Source of the DNA: Fonticula alba ATCC 38817
Taxonomy: Eukaryota > Protista > Nucleariida
Direction: 5' to 3' (one strand)
Length of the DNA stretch: 64,000 bases
Assembly (NCBI GenBank): GCA_000388065.2
Contig: KB932207.1
Shown here in pieces: positions 35,482 through 48,024 of this stretch. The position numbers and the translations under genes are program-made. The notes under the pieces are model-generated. The model was not told the origin of the DNA. It saw only the letters and a program-made list of their open reading frames with translations, and made no database searches. The first letter of the stretch is position 1. Every line of letters starts with the position of its first letter.

Positions 35482-36726
35482 NNNNNNNNNNNNNNNNNNN
35501 NNNNNNNNNNNNNNNNNNNNNNNNNNNNNNNNNNNNNNNNNNNNNNNNNNNNNNNNNNNNNNNNNNNNNNNCCCCGGCCCTGCCTCTGGTCTCGGCGGAT
35601 GGCATTTTGCTGGGCCCCAGCTCCCCGGGCCATATGGCTTCTGTCGATCCAATGACCTGTGCTACCTGCCGGACGCCCCGGCGAGTCGCTGCTACTCGCA
35701 GTTCTATCCCGAGCTGGCTCTCGGGCCCACCCCCTACCCGGTTCCCACCGGGACAACGGACGCCGGGCCGACCATGCCCAATGACGACCTTCTCCCCTTC
35801 TGGGCCGAGGGCCGGGCCTTCCCACGGCAGTTCGACCCGGCCACCGAGACCACCGACCTCCGGCCAGCCGGCGACACGACTGATGCCACGGCTGCCATGG
35901 AGCCCTCCAGCCAATTCCACTACCCCCGCTGTAGCTCCTCCATGGCCGACTTCAACTCCTACAACATGACCTACCAGGCACGGCTATACCTGATGGACCT
36001 CGACCATCGGGGATACGATCGCCTGGTGGGGCCGCAGTGGGGCACAGAGCGGGCCATCTGCGAGGCCCTCTTCTCGGATCTCTGCTACATTGTCATGTGG
36101 GTACAGAACATTCGTGCTGGGTGCGTTTCTTCCTCCCTCTTCCTCTCTGGCTTTCTCTTGCTTTCTCTCCCTCTCTTGCTTTCTCTCCCTCTCTTGCTTT
36201 CTCTCCCTCTCTGGCTTTCTCTCCATCCGCCTCTCGCCCTCCCTTTCCGCAGGAGAAGAGGGGGGAGGAACATGTGCCCTCTTGGGGCCCCTCTCTCAGG
36301 TTCTCCTCTTCGTCCCGACGTGTCTCTCTTCACTGACATGCCCCCCCCCCCCCCATGGACTCTGCCCTCCCGCTTCGATTCCCGGGGCCCCATTGCTCCT
36401 GCTTGTGCTGCAACGGGCCGCGTGTGACGGCCCAACCGTGTCCCAGCTTCACATGCAACAATGCCAATGCTCTGTACAAGCGCCGAACCGTGAAGCCACC
36501 CTGTCGGAACTTCTGCCACCGGGTCATCAACAGCTCGGCCACTTGCCACGGCTTCCGGCGAGCGGTCCTTCGCCCAGGCGAAACGACAACCCTCTACTGC
36601 TCCATGCTGCCGCCGGTCAACTGCTACAATGCGGCTGTGTCGCGGCGCATCCCGACCGGTCGGTCTGCCTTCCAAATGGCCCTGGTGGCCCTCTTGGCAG
36701 TGGCGGCTCTGCAGTTGCTCCTTTGA
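34967..36726 (+). CDS. Secreted/GPI-type Cys-rich protein, about 375 aa, Mid1/FAM155(NALF)-like (tentative), 3 exons
   Basis: Exons 34967-35317, 35621-36120 and 36447-36726 (phases consistent). Signal-peptide-like MRAAGLALLVWSCLALSVTA; Cys-rich region CSSSMADFNSYNMTYQ..ICEALFSDLCYIVMW..GFTC..PPCRNFCHRVINSSATC..YC..NCYN; C-terminal small residues (NAA) followed by hydrophobic ALVALLAVAALQLLL*. The CDS call is solid; the family call is an inference. Confidence 0.7.
36150..36225 (+). repeat. 18-bp minisatellite (CTTTCTCTCCCTCTCTTG) x ~3.5, intronic
   Basis: Directly visible tandem units in intron 36121-36446. Confidence 0.8.
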
Positions 36727-37049
36727 GGGGGAGTCGGATGCATGCGCACCCTCCTGGCAGGTCCGGGCGGGAGTCCTGCACAATATACCCCTCCCCTCCT
36801 CGGGACACGGCGAGCAAGGAATGGGGGCTTGGAAAAGGCCCCACAGGGAGGAGGGGGAGCAGGCTATCGGGAGGGAAAAAGGAGCAACAGCGAGGCAAAG
36901 AAAGAGAGTGCGGGGACATCGGGACACCCATGTGCCGCTGGTGTGTACATTCGGCCCATCCGAGCACACCGCCCGAGTACACCCGCCCGAGGAGGGGGGG
37001 GGGGGGGGGGATGTACGCATGTCACAGGGATGGTCGGCATGAGAGGTGC

Positions 37050-38077
37050 TCACTGGGCAGGCTCCAGGTCCTTGAGAGACAATGCCGGGATGGGGATGGC
37101 ACTGCCGGGGGATGGCCACTCAAGCGACCAGGCCCCCCCATCGGGCCCGTCATCACCGGCCCCCAGGAGAAATGGCATCAGGGCAATGGTCACCCGGCTG
37201 GCCACAAGGGCATGGCCCACGCTGGAAGCCGAGGGGATGCCCGCCGCGTCGGCCGTCGCCTCGACGCGAGCCCGAGCCGGATCCCCCCGGCGCAGGGTCC
37301 GCAACGGAGCAGGGTAGTACAGTCGCCCGGTGCGCGGATCGGCTCGGAGGAGCTCCGGGCGGAAGGGCACCCGCCGGTCAGCGGCCCAGCACAAGTCATA
37401 CGGCTGGCCGGGGTCGATTGCCGCGTGCGGCAGGCCGGGGTCGGCTTGCTGCTCGGCCGAGTGGCCGACGGTGCCCGGTGCATCGGTCGCCACTGGGCGC
37501 CGTTCCAGCAGAGTGAACACCACCGGCGTGTCGTCGGCCGCAATGTAATTGTACTCCCCGGCACAGGGGGACACCCAGCGGAAGGCCGCCAGCCGGTCGG
37601 GCTCCGGCCAGTAGTGCAGCGACGAGGCAGCCACCGCGCCCTCGGCAGAGGAGGGGCCCAGCATGGAGGGCGGGCTCGGGGCCGCGGGGCGCGCAGGCGG
37701 CGGCGCGCCGGCCGGTCGGACGGCACTGAAGAACATCCGCAAAAAGTCCGCCTCCTTGAAGCCTGCCGTCAGGAGGCAAAGTACCGGGAGGAGCCCGGTG
37801 CAGGGTCGGCGAGCGGCGCGGGCCAGTCAGCACTTACGGGCAGCAAGGCACCCCGGTACGGGCACCCAGCGGGGATGGCAGACGCACAGGACACGAAATT
37901 CTTCATGCGGGTTCCATCCAGAAAAAGGCGCCCATGCTCGTCGACAAAATAGAAGTAGGACCGGATGAGCTCGGGGTTGTCGTGCGGCGCCGGGCGCACG
38001 GCAGAGGAAGAGATGGCGGCCCTGGCGGCCAGGTGAGGCGAGCGGCCCCGCGCCGAGGCCAAAGCCCGCGCAAGCAT
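37050..38077 (-). CDS. C8orf82: UPF0598/C8orf82-family protein, likely mitochondrial (2 exons)
   Basis: Exons 38077-37888 and 37762-37050. Presequence-like MLARALASARGR..; RSYFYFVDEHGRLFLDGTRMKNFVSCFKEADFLRMFF; WVSPCAGEYNYIAADDTPVVF; PFRPELL..GRLYYPAP match the C8orf82 motifs. Confidence 0.88.
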
Positions 38078-38836
38078 GGCAGCAAATCGGCCGAAGGGGG
38101 GAAAGGCAGGCAAAGGCACCGAGGACCAGGCCCGATCAACAGACGGAATAGGGCTGGGAGGCGGGGGGGGGGGGCGGGGGCGGGGACAAAAACGGGGACG
38201 CGGGGGGAGGATGAAAGTGACGGCGGCCTGGGCGAGGCCGGGAGACGGGGGCACTTGGTTGCGCCTCGACAAAAGGGGCCCGCCGACTGCGAACCCCACA
38301 ATAAGCGGGGGAGAGCAGAACACCCGCTCCCGCCACTTCCCCCCCGCAGCCGAGAGCGGCTGGAGACAGGCACGCCAGGAGACATGGTGCCAACGCAGAG
38401 AAATAGTAGGTAACAAGGTTTATTGGATTTTGTGGAGGGGGGTGGGGGGAGGGGCTGCTCTGTGACGCGCGCGTAGGGCCGGTACCTTCCCCCCCCCCCC
38501 TCCGGCCCATGCCGCCGAGCCGCGTCGCGAACTGCGCACATCATCATGGGGCGCGCGGGAGAGGGGAAAAAGGATACGCCCCAGTGCGGGGACATGGGGC
38601 GCGCAGAGCAGAGGAAGGGGCCGACAGCTGGGCGGCTCGTGTGCTTGTCGCCCCCCCCCCCCCCGGCCTCGCCCCTCCCCCATGGGAGGCGCGGAGAAGG
38701 AGGGCGGCACGCGGGAACGGGGACACGGAGTCACACGCCGTCATCGGTCTTGGTGGCCCCTTCTCGCCTGCTCCTCTGGCCGTTTGCCGCCGCTCAGGGG
38801 GGGGCGGCGGCGCGCAGGAGGGGCTGCTCCTTCGGC

Positions 38837-41800
38837 TTAACGGCGACGGCGGGAGCCGGACACCGGGACGAAGCCATCATCATCAGGCTGGGGAGCACCA
38901 CCCGGGGCGGGGGAGCGAGCCGGCGAGACACCGGCCAGCGACTGGTCGCCAGAGCGCATGGGGGCACCGGCGCCCGAGCGGGAGAAGGGAGCCATGGGGC
39001 CGGAGCCGGGCGGGCCGCCGGCACCCGGGGCAGAGCGCCGGAAGCCACCGGCACCACCGCCCGGGGCACCACCAGGACCATCCCGGGGACCGCCGAAGGA
39101 GGAGGAGGAAGGCACACGCGAGCCGCGCATCATGCTGCCATCGGCCGGGGCACCGCCAGCCGGGGGAGCACCACCGAAGCCGGAGCGGAAGCCACCGCCG
39201 CCGGCGGAGGCGCCCGAGGGCAGGGCAGAGCCACGGCCACCGAAGGGAGCCGGGCTGCCACCGGCAGCAGAGTGAGCCGGGCCGGCGCCCGGGGCACCGC
39301 GCCAGTCACCGCGCGGGCCATCGCCACCGAAGCCCGGGCGCTGGTAGCCACCGCTGGAGGGGGGGCCGCCAAAGGTGGAACGGGGAGCACCACCACCGAA
39401 GGCACCGCCGCGGATGGGGCCGCCCGTGGCCGGGACGGCCGCCGCCGCCGAGGAGGCGGCACCCACACCGGTGGGGCTGGCCATGCGCAGGCTAGCCTGG
39501 GCCTTGTCCAGCTCATCGCGCTCGCGCTGCAGGGTGTCCAGCTTGCGCAGGTGAACCTGCTCCGACTGCATGGTGCGGAGCTGCTGCGACTCGTGAGCCT
39601 TGGCGCGGATGGCCTCCTCCTCCTGCTTGATGCGGAGGGCCTCGGCGGCGGCCTCGCGGGCACGCTGCTGCTCGGCCAGGCGCTGCTGCTGGAGCTCCTC
39701 CTGGCGACGGCGCTGCTCGGCGGCGGCGGCCTCCTGGATGCGGCGCTCCTCCTCCTTCTGGCGCTCGATCTCGGCCAGGAAGGCGGCCGACCGGGCCTTG
39801 AAGTGGTCGACCTCCGACACCACCACCTGGACCCAGCTCTTGACCTGGAGACCCTTGGCGTGGAGCTCGCGCGCGCGCTCGGTGTTCCGCTGGACGTAGG
39901 CCTCGTGGTGGGCCAGGTCCCGGGCATCGGCGGCCTTGAAGTCCTCCTTGAGGATGGGCACCTCGGCCAGGCGCAGGGCGCGCACCTGGTAGTCGATGTG
40001 CTGGGCCAGCTTGGACAGGCGGTTGTGGATCTCGGCCTTCTCGGCGTTGAGCTGCTCCAGCTGACGAGCCATGATCTGCTCGGCGGACATGTCCTCCACG
40101 TCACCGAGGTCCAGCTTGATGCCGAGATCGGCCGCGCGGGCCTCCAGCTCGCGGGTCTGGCGAATGCGCGACTGGCGGACGGCCTCATCACGCTCGGCCT
40201 GCAGGCGCTCCAGCTCACGACGAGTGGACTCCTCGTTGACACGAACGCGCTCGGCCTCGGCACTCAGGCGCATCTCCTCAATGCGGCGGCGGCTCTCGGT
40301 GAGCATGCGCTCGCGGGCCTTGCGCTCCTGCATGTCCTTGGCGTAGTCGAACTGCTCCTTGCGGTTGATGGCGGTCGAGTGCTCGGACTCCAGGCTCTCG
40401 CGGATCTGGTCGAAGAAGGCCGCACGGGTGTCCTCCATGGAGGTGGCGGCGCTGGGGCGGATCTTCTCGGAGATGGGAGCCAGGTCCTGGGCAACCTGCA
40501 GCATGTGAGCCTGGACGCCCTTGGCCTGGTGGATGAGCGGAAGAGGAGCATGGGGGCGGGGAGCAGAGAAGGGGGCGGGGGCGAACGAAGACGATGGAAG
40601 GACAGGCACGAAGACCCCAGGGAGAGGGGGGGGAGAGAGAGAGAGAGGGAGAGATAGCGCGAGGGGGGGGGGCATACAAGGAAGAGGGTGAGTGGGCAAT
40701 GCCGGAGCAAAAGCGAAGGCGAAGGGAGCCGACAGGGGCAAACACGCACAGCCAGGTCCTGGCGCACGGCGGACTTGAAGCGAATCGACTGGGCCACATG
40801 GTCCACGGCCAGGGAGATGTCATTGCTGCGGCACATGGCCAGGAGGAAGGCCTCAATCTCGTCGGCAGTGAAGAAGGGAGCCAGCTCGGCCAGGGCCGAG
40901 AGCTTCATGGTGTCATACACCAGGCTCAGCTGGAAGAGCAGGCGACCCAGCAGGACCTCCTGCAGGGACTTGAGGAAGGGAGCCAGCTCCGGGCTCTCGG
41001 CCAGGAAGGCCGAGATCGGGGCAAACTGCGGGGCCATCGACAGCGGGTGGAAGTCCACCTCGAAGAGGGTGTACAGCTGCTGGACCTGGGGGATGGCCGC
41101 GGCGATGACGCCATTCTGGCTGAGCTCGCGCAGGAGCATCGCGCGCGAGGGCTTGCGGTTGCTCATCAGCAACAGGGTCAGGCGGTTGAGCTGCTCATGC
41201 TCGAAGTTGCGGCCGCCGCTGTGGTAGGTCTTGCCGCGGGAGGCCGGGATGGCCAGGGTGGCCAGGACCAGCTTGTTGGCGGCGTCCTGGCGCTCGGCCT
41301 CGGTGGCGAAGTCCGCCAGCTGGTAGATGCGCCAGCTGGAGAAGGCATGGGCCAGGTAGTTGTTGGAGATGAGCGAGATGCTGGCCAGACGGCGGTAGTA
41401 GGCCACCTGGTACTCGGCGCGGAAGGACCGGCGAGTCAGCGGCAGCAGGCTGTGCAGGTTCTCCACCGTGCTGAAGGCAGTGGACCAGGACTCCAGCTTG
41501 ATGGCGGTGTCCAGCTGCTCCAGACGAGTGTCCAGCTGCAGACGCAGGCTGTTGATGCTCTTGAGGTTGATGCTGAAGTTGCCGGGCTTGGAGGCATCCA
41601 GCTGCTTCATGGCCTCCTCCAGGTGGAAGCGCAGGATCTTGCTGATGTTCTGGAACTCATTGCGGCGGCCGTGCTCGCGGCAGAACTTGAACAGCCGGCG
41701 AGCGGTGGAATGGTACAGGGACTCGAGCTTGGAGTTGTTCTTCAGAATCTCGATGGTCATCTTGTAGGCATCCCACAGGAAGCGAATGGACGGCCCGAGC

Positions 41801-42477
41801 AGGGTGCGGTCCGAACGGTCGCGGTTGTCCTCGGAAGTGACCATGCCCATCATGATGGTCTCCGGGGTGTCGCCCTCGTCCAGGTCCTGGTCGAACTTCT
41901 TGGCCGCGGCGGTGGCCGAGTCGAAGGCCTCCTTGAAGCGCTTCTCGGCACCGGCGAACAGGTGGTCAATGACCTTCTCCACCGAGGAGGGGTTGCTGCT
42001 CTGGGAGATGGCACGGAAGGCGGTAAGCGCATCGCGCAGCTGCTGAGTGCGGCGCGACTCGCGCAGGTCGATGCTCAGGTCGATGTAGAGCATCATGACC
42101 TCCTCCACGGCCGGGGACCAGGCGCGGATGCGGCGGTTGAGCAGCGACTCATGGAGAATCTCGATGGCCAGGCTCTTCTTGTCGACAACAAGGAGCTCTG
42201 TGGTGGCGGGCCGCGGGGAGGGAGGGAGGGGGAAGGACATGGGACAGGTGAGGAGACCGGATCAGCGGCAGAGGGAGAGAGCGAGAGAGAGAGAGAGAGG
42301 CGGGGGAGAAAGGCCAGACGGGGAGAAGGGCCAGGGTAGGCAGCCGGGAAAGCCGGGGACATGACGAAGGAGCGACAGGGGGGCAGGAGCGAATCGGTGC
42401 CCGAGCACCGGGGGGAGGACAGCCGTACCATTGGCACGCTTGAGGGCGTTCTCGGGGCGGGGAACGAGGCGAGACAT
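38837..42477 (-). CDS. EIF3A: Eukaryotic translation initiation factor 3 subunit A (3 exons)
   Basis: Exons 42477-42429, 42197-40750 and 40525-38837. RPENALKRANELL; RAWSPAVEEVMMLYIDLSIDLR; PSIRFLWDAYK..LKNNSKLESLYH; RNEFQNISKILRFHL; RLEQLDTAIKLESWSTAF. PCI region, long coiled coil (IDYQVRALRLAEVP) and a Gly-rich tail. Confidence 0.96.
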
Positions 42478-43002
42478 GCTTGCGGCAGGGAAAGGGCAAG
42501 GAGACTAAGCCGGGGGAGGTTAGGGGAGTAACTCTCGGCTGAGGAGGGGGCACACGAGGGGCTCGGTGTCCGCGCTTCAGTAGGGAGTGCAGTGCCAAAA
42601 CCAAAAAAGAAAGGGGGGGCAAGCGGGGGGGGGCTAGCCCCATCGGGCTGGGCCCAGGGGGGCGCCCGAAGAGAGACCGGCCTCCGGCAGGAAGAGGCGA
42701 GCGAGGAGGCCGCCGGGCTCAATGACCGGACATTGCCCCCCTGCCACTGTGGGGGGGGGGGGGGGGGGGCGCACGGGGGAGGGGGCTGGCACACGCGGCG
42801 GGCTAAAACGGCGGGCAGAAGCGCACCGCACCGCACCGTCCCACAGGGGGCACTCGCGTGCGGGGGGAGCGGGGGCCGCCGACACAAGCACGCGCTCCAC
42901 GCCTCTTCTCGCTGGCAACCCGAGTGCCTCGAGAGGGTACCAGGGTTCTGGCCTTTCGGCCGGCACAAGGAGCCACAGGCGGGTGCCGGCGGCGCGGATG
43001 CA

Positions 43003-43035
<33 letters not shown>

Positions 43036-44149
43036 GCTCTTCTCCCCCGCCACCTGGCCGGGACCATGCCCGGCTAGCGCCTCCGCACAAATGTAGACAC
43101 GGCTCACGAAGATAGTCCTAGTCCAGCGGGTCCCCCGTATGCGGAGGTGCAAGGAGGCCTCGAGCAGGCTCACAGGATCCACCAGACACCTCGCGGTTGG
43201 CAGGCCGCGCCTGGCCCTGGGCTTGGTCAGTGAGATGGCGGCACCACCGGCCGAGGGCAGGTCGCCGGAAAGGGCGCCCCGGGCCTTTTCCCGTGTGGAA
43301 AGGCCCTCAGAGAGACAGAGGAGAGAGAGAGAGAGAGAGGGACATTTGGAAGAAAGAACGTTGAGAGGTCCCGACGGAGGCCGGCCGATGTGGCGCAGGC
43401 CGCTTGAGCCCCAAGCCCCACGAGGGTCGGGGTTGGTGCCACGGACGCCTCTGCCCTCCGGGGGTTGTAATGGTATTATGGTAGGGGAGTCATGAACACG
43501 GTATCACGGGATCGGCGGGTCCAGATCGCAACCCGGAGCACATTCTCTTGCAGTCTGCTTCTTCCGGCGCATGCACCACGCACACATCCACGCTTGTGCT
43601 TGCTTTTGCCCGACGCGCCCGCACCGTCGCCGGGGGCTCATTTCTGGAAAGGCCTCCTCCTGCCGCCGCCGCCGCCGCCGCCGCCCTGTTCTTGCTCCCC
43701 CTGGAACCCGAGTGTTCGATCGAGGCGCGCACTTGCCAGCTGCAATGATGCCCCCCCCCCCCCCCCCCTCACCTCCAGTCTCCTTTCACCGTGTGTTGGT
43801 CTCCACTGCTTCGACACCCGGGCNNNNNNNNNNNNNNNNNNNNNNNNNNNNNNNNNNNNNNNNNNNNNNNNNNNNNNNNNNNNCCTTCCTCCGCCCTCTT
43901 CTTTCCCCCCCCCCCCCCCCCCCTTCCACCTCTTTTGTCGGGGGAGGGAGGGAGAGATTCCGGCGACGGTCAACATGGCCCGTGGTACTCGTCGCTATCT
44001 TATTCCCCCGGCCCCAAGGGGCGTTTTATTCTCTATTGGAGCACCACACAGAGAAGCAGGCGCACATATACGCCGCAGGGAGACCGGAGGGGGAGGATGG
44101 CGTGCACCCCTGGGCCGATGTGATTGCGAGAGGTGCTCTGCTTTTGCGC

Positions 44150-44615
44150 TCACAGCCGCCCGATGTCCTGGTCCTTGGGGTCGGGCTTCTGGTGCCACAC
44201 GGGCACGCTGTTGGGCTGAGCGGCGTCCTGTAGGACGGACATGAACTTGGAGCTCTGGGTCTCGGAGGGGTCCTCATTGCGCATGCGCGTCGCGTCGAAG
44301 GCCCGCTGGCGAAGGTCCGGGCTCATGCGCTGGGATCAGCGCGATCGGCATCGGCGGAGCGAGTGGAAGGGCCGGATGGACACGAGGAGTCAGTAGGGAC
44401 GCGGGGATAGCGAGCGGGGATTCCAGAGACATGTCCTTTCCCGCTGAGGGGGGGGGGGGGGGGGGGGAGCGCGCGAGGCTCGTGCATACCTCCAGAAGCT
44501 CGTCCTCCTCGGGGACCGTCACATTGTACAGGGTCAGAGAGACGATGGCCAGGATGCCGGAGGCGACGGTCGACCGACGGGCGAAGGGGGAGCCCCACAG
44601 GTAACGGGTGGCCAT
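44150..44615 (-). CDS. CBP4: Cbp4-like cytochrome bc1 assembly factor, about 100 aa (2 exons)
   Basis: Exons 44615-44491 and 44329-44150: MATRYLWGSPFARRSTVASGILAIVSLTLYNVTVPEEDELLE|RMSPDLRQRAFDATRMRNED..KFMSVLQDAAQPNSVPVW. A single N-terminal TM, a T-P-x-E-x-x-L-x-x-x-S-P-[DE]-L-R pattern and a terminal PxW are typical of fungal Cbp4. Confidence 0.7.
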
Positions 44616-45249
44616 GTTGTGGGAGAGGCTGCGCGTCGAATGCGGCAGAGGGGGAAGGGGTTGAAAGGTGGAGTAAGGGGAGAGGCGAAGAGGAGGTGCG
44701 GCTGGGGTAAGGGGCAAGCCGCGACGCCCGACGACGGGGTGCCTTTTTTCTCCATATCCGGGACACGCCTCTCCTCCACGCCTCGGAGATGCGCTTTCCA
44801 GGTCGCACACACACACACACATCGGCGAGGAGACAGGACGGCACGCAAAAGGGAAGGACCGCGCATCTGGGGGATGCGTCAACAAGATGCGAGATGCAAG
44901 CCACAACACGAGTCACACGCAGACACACCATCGGGCCATCTCCTTCAAAAAGGGCCCCCGGAGGCCACAGCCAGCCTTCTGCCCCCCCCCCCCCCCCTCC
45001 ATATGCTTGGGGGATTTGAAAAAACCCCTTTCGGCGTCAAAAACAGCCAAGTCGGCGGCCGATCGGGGCGAAGCCAGCTGCCAACGATCGACACGGCCCA
45101 CCCGGCTCCCTGGCAAAGATTCGTCCGGAAGCGGAGCATCACCGGTTTTAGGACTGCCCCTTCACATCTGCACCTCCCTCTCTGCCCCTCCTCCCCTCCT
45201 CCCACTGTCTCGCGGATCCTCCCCAGCCTTCCTTTCGCCGTGCGCCATC

Positions 45250-47077
45250 ATGTCCTTCTTTGATGCCTTGGACGAGGCAATCATGTCCAAGTCGACGAGA
45301 GCCGATGCCCCGCCTCCCGATGCCCCGGCCGCCATGCGCTTCCGTCGTCGCGGGGAGCTGAATAAGGCCCCGCCTGCTCCGGAAAAGAAGTCCCCCTCGG
45401 CGCCGGCCGAGGCTGCCCCGGTCGACGAAGGCGACGAAAAGAAGCGCCCACGCGAGGGCGACTCGGCCGAGCCCTCGAGTAAGGCTCCCCGCGTGGAGGA
45501 CGCCGCTATTCCGGCGGAGTCGGACACATTCGCCGCTCCGACTCCTCCTGTTGCTCCGGAATCCGGGCTGCTGCTGTCCACGCGCGAGGTGGTCCGCCGG
45601 TTGCGGCGCCTGGGCGAGCCGATTCGCCTGTTCGGCGAGTCGGACAAGGAGCGCGAAACGCGTCTTCGTGAGCTGGAGACCACCGGTGCCGGTGGTGATT
45701 CCGAGGGCCAGCGAAACCTCACCCGCTCGACCATGGCCCGTATCGACATGCAGCTCGAGGCGCAATCCATGCGCCAGGCCACCCTGACCTCCTCGTCGGA
45801 TGCGCCCACCCCGGGGAAGACTGGCGGCGATGCCGATGACCAGCCCTCCGGCGCCAGCGCCGATGGCAAACCCGCCGATACCGATGGCAAGTCCGCCACC
45901 GGTGTGGTGCGTTTCCCCGTCATCCTGCCCTCCCCCCTCGCCCATCTTTGCCCGTGTGCTGACTTTTGACTGCCAGTTCGAGCACCGGATTGACGACGAG
46001 GTCTACCGGCGGAGCACCAACCGTGTGTCACTTTTGATTCACGACTATCTCAAGGTTAGCCCATCCTCCCCACGCTTCCTCCCCTGGCTCTCCCCTACTC
46101 CCCTTCGCTCTTTGCGATGGGTCTCCTCCTGCTCCTCGAGTCGCACCCCCAGCCGCCACGCCATCCCTCCTTTCGCTGACACACGCGCATGCGCATTCTC
46201 CTTTGATACACACACGCACGCAGTTCCTAACGAACATGTGGGACCAGCGCCTCCTCTCGCGGCCGGACTACGAGCAGCGCTCGCGTCAGGGCCGTGATGA
46301 TCGGCGCGTCTATGAGGACACCAAGCTGCACATCCAGCCTCTCCTTCGGCATCTCCGCCGGCGGGTGCGTCCTCTTTCGCCCCTCCCATCGCTCCTCCCG
46401 TCGTCCCTTCATGTCCATCATTGCCCTTTGCTGACCGTGTGGATGCTCTCCCCTCTCCCTTCACCCTCTCTCCCTCTCGCTTTTTCTCTCTCCCTCTCCC
46501 TCTCTTTGGGGTTCCCTTGTCCTATAGACGCTGGAGCAAGATATGCTTCAGCACCTGACGCGCATTTGTGACTTCCTCCAGCGGCGTGAGTACCGCAATG
46601 CCCTGGACACCTATTATTTGATGAGTATCGGCAATGCCCCCTGGCCCATGGGTGTAACCATGGTACGCGCCTGTGTGAACCTTCCTCGGGACACACACAC
46701 ACACGCGCGCGCGCACACGCACGCATGTATGCTTATACTGTATGTTCTCACATACATCACCTCCTCAATCCCCCCCCCCCCTCGCGCCAATAGGTGGGTA
46801 TTCACGAGCGCTCTGCTCGTGAGAAGATTTCTTCCAACCAAGTGGCCCGTGCGTCCCATCTGTCCCTCTCCTCTTCCCTTCGCCACGCCCCTGCTCACGC
46901 TAACTGACCGGCCCTATGCCCGCCGCCCTGCACACTGGGCCAACAGATGTGCTCAACGATGAACGCACTCGCCGGTGGATTCACTGCCTCAAGCGCCTGA
47001 TGACCCTGACCCAGGACATTTTCCCCCCCGAGGACCTGGTCCAGGCTGCCGGCTTCATCCCGAAGCTGGACGACTAA
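45250..47077 (+). CDS. PRP18: Pre-mRNA splicing factor Prp18 (6 exons)
   Basis: Exons 45250-45906, 45977-46054, 46224-46364, 46528-46662, 46794-46848 and 46947-47077. PRP4-like motif EVVRRLRRLGEPIRLFGESDKERETRL; Prp18 domain [54 protein letters not shown]. Confidence 0.95.
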
Positions 47078-48024
47078 ACACACGCCGGCGAGCGACAACA
47101 GCCGTGCCCGGCTTCCCCCCCCCCCCTCGGCCCCCACCCCCGCCAGAAAACAATAGAAGACATGAACAGTCCCCGATCGATGTGATCACGTGACGCATAT
47201 ATGCATTCTCCCGTCTTTCTCCCTCCGGGTGAATCCCCCGCACGCCCCGGGACGGGCGTTGCTTCGTGCAGCGGACACACACACACTCTCTCTCTCTCTC
47301 TCTCTTCCGTTCCGGGTGGAAGTCAGAACGCGCACAGGGATCGCGACGCACGGGGGGGGGGGGGGGGGGGGGCCCGGGGGGGGGGGGGAACGCGGAGGAG
47401 GCCGAGGGAGGGCCCCCGGGCCGAAGGAGGGGGTCTCGTCGAGTCGAGAGAATGGTTAATTGCCCTGGAGGAAAGAAAAAACGCGCAGGGCTCCTCGCCC
47501 CCACGGTCGGGTGGTGATCGACCGGCTCCCGCGTCCCCTCCCCCCCCCGTGCCATTCTCGCCAGAGGGGGGAGGTGGTGTCTACCGGATCGGGAAGTTCC
47601 CTCGGGCCAGCCGCGATCTGAACATTTCCTTTGCGCGGGGCTAGTAGGCCAGCCGGACCCCGGCGGCAGGCAGTGTCCCCCCTTTGGTGGGAGAAAAAAA
47701 GTCCCCGGCCCTCGCCTCGCTTTGATTATGGGGGCATCCATTTCCCCTCTCCTGGTCTCCGCCTCCTCCCTTCCTGTTTCTCTCTCTCTCCCCCCCCTCT
47801 CACTTTGCCCTTCCCCTCCTCCCCTTCTCTTCCCTCGCCCACGCCCACCCTCCAGGGCCCACTCTTCCCCCTCTCATCCATTCTCTGGCCCCCGGCGAAA
47901 GGACACCCCATCTCCCCTCTCCCACATCCAAATACCCCCACAAGCACACCCTGATACCCAGACCGGCGCCGATCTACCATACGCATATCACCGCCAGCCG
48001 AACAGATCCGCCGCCCCAAAGAAA

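Noticed and set aside
38546-42339. Long + strand ORFs (38546-40657, 40594-42339), and similar antisense ORFs such as 60830-63163 and 648-1886
   Set aside because: These are shadow ORFs produced by high GC3 on the opposite strand of real genes (eIF3a, GCLC, the giant gene), with no recognisable motifs.
43085-43220. Minus-strand TTGCAC and ATTTGTG motifs about 60 nt apart, as in U1 snRNA
   Set aside because: The invariant 5' ACTTACCTG is absent and the TTGCAC is not closed by a stem, so this is probably chance.
43250-43420. SRP helix-8-like (CAGG..GGAA) and RNase MRP/P CR-I-like (GGAAAGGCCC) strings
   Set aside because: The partner motifs (AGCAG; CR-V) are missing.
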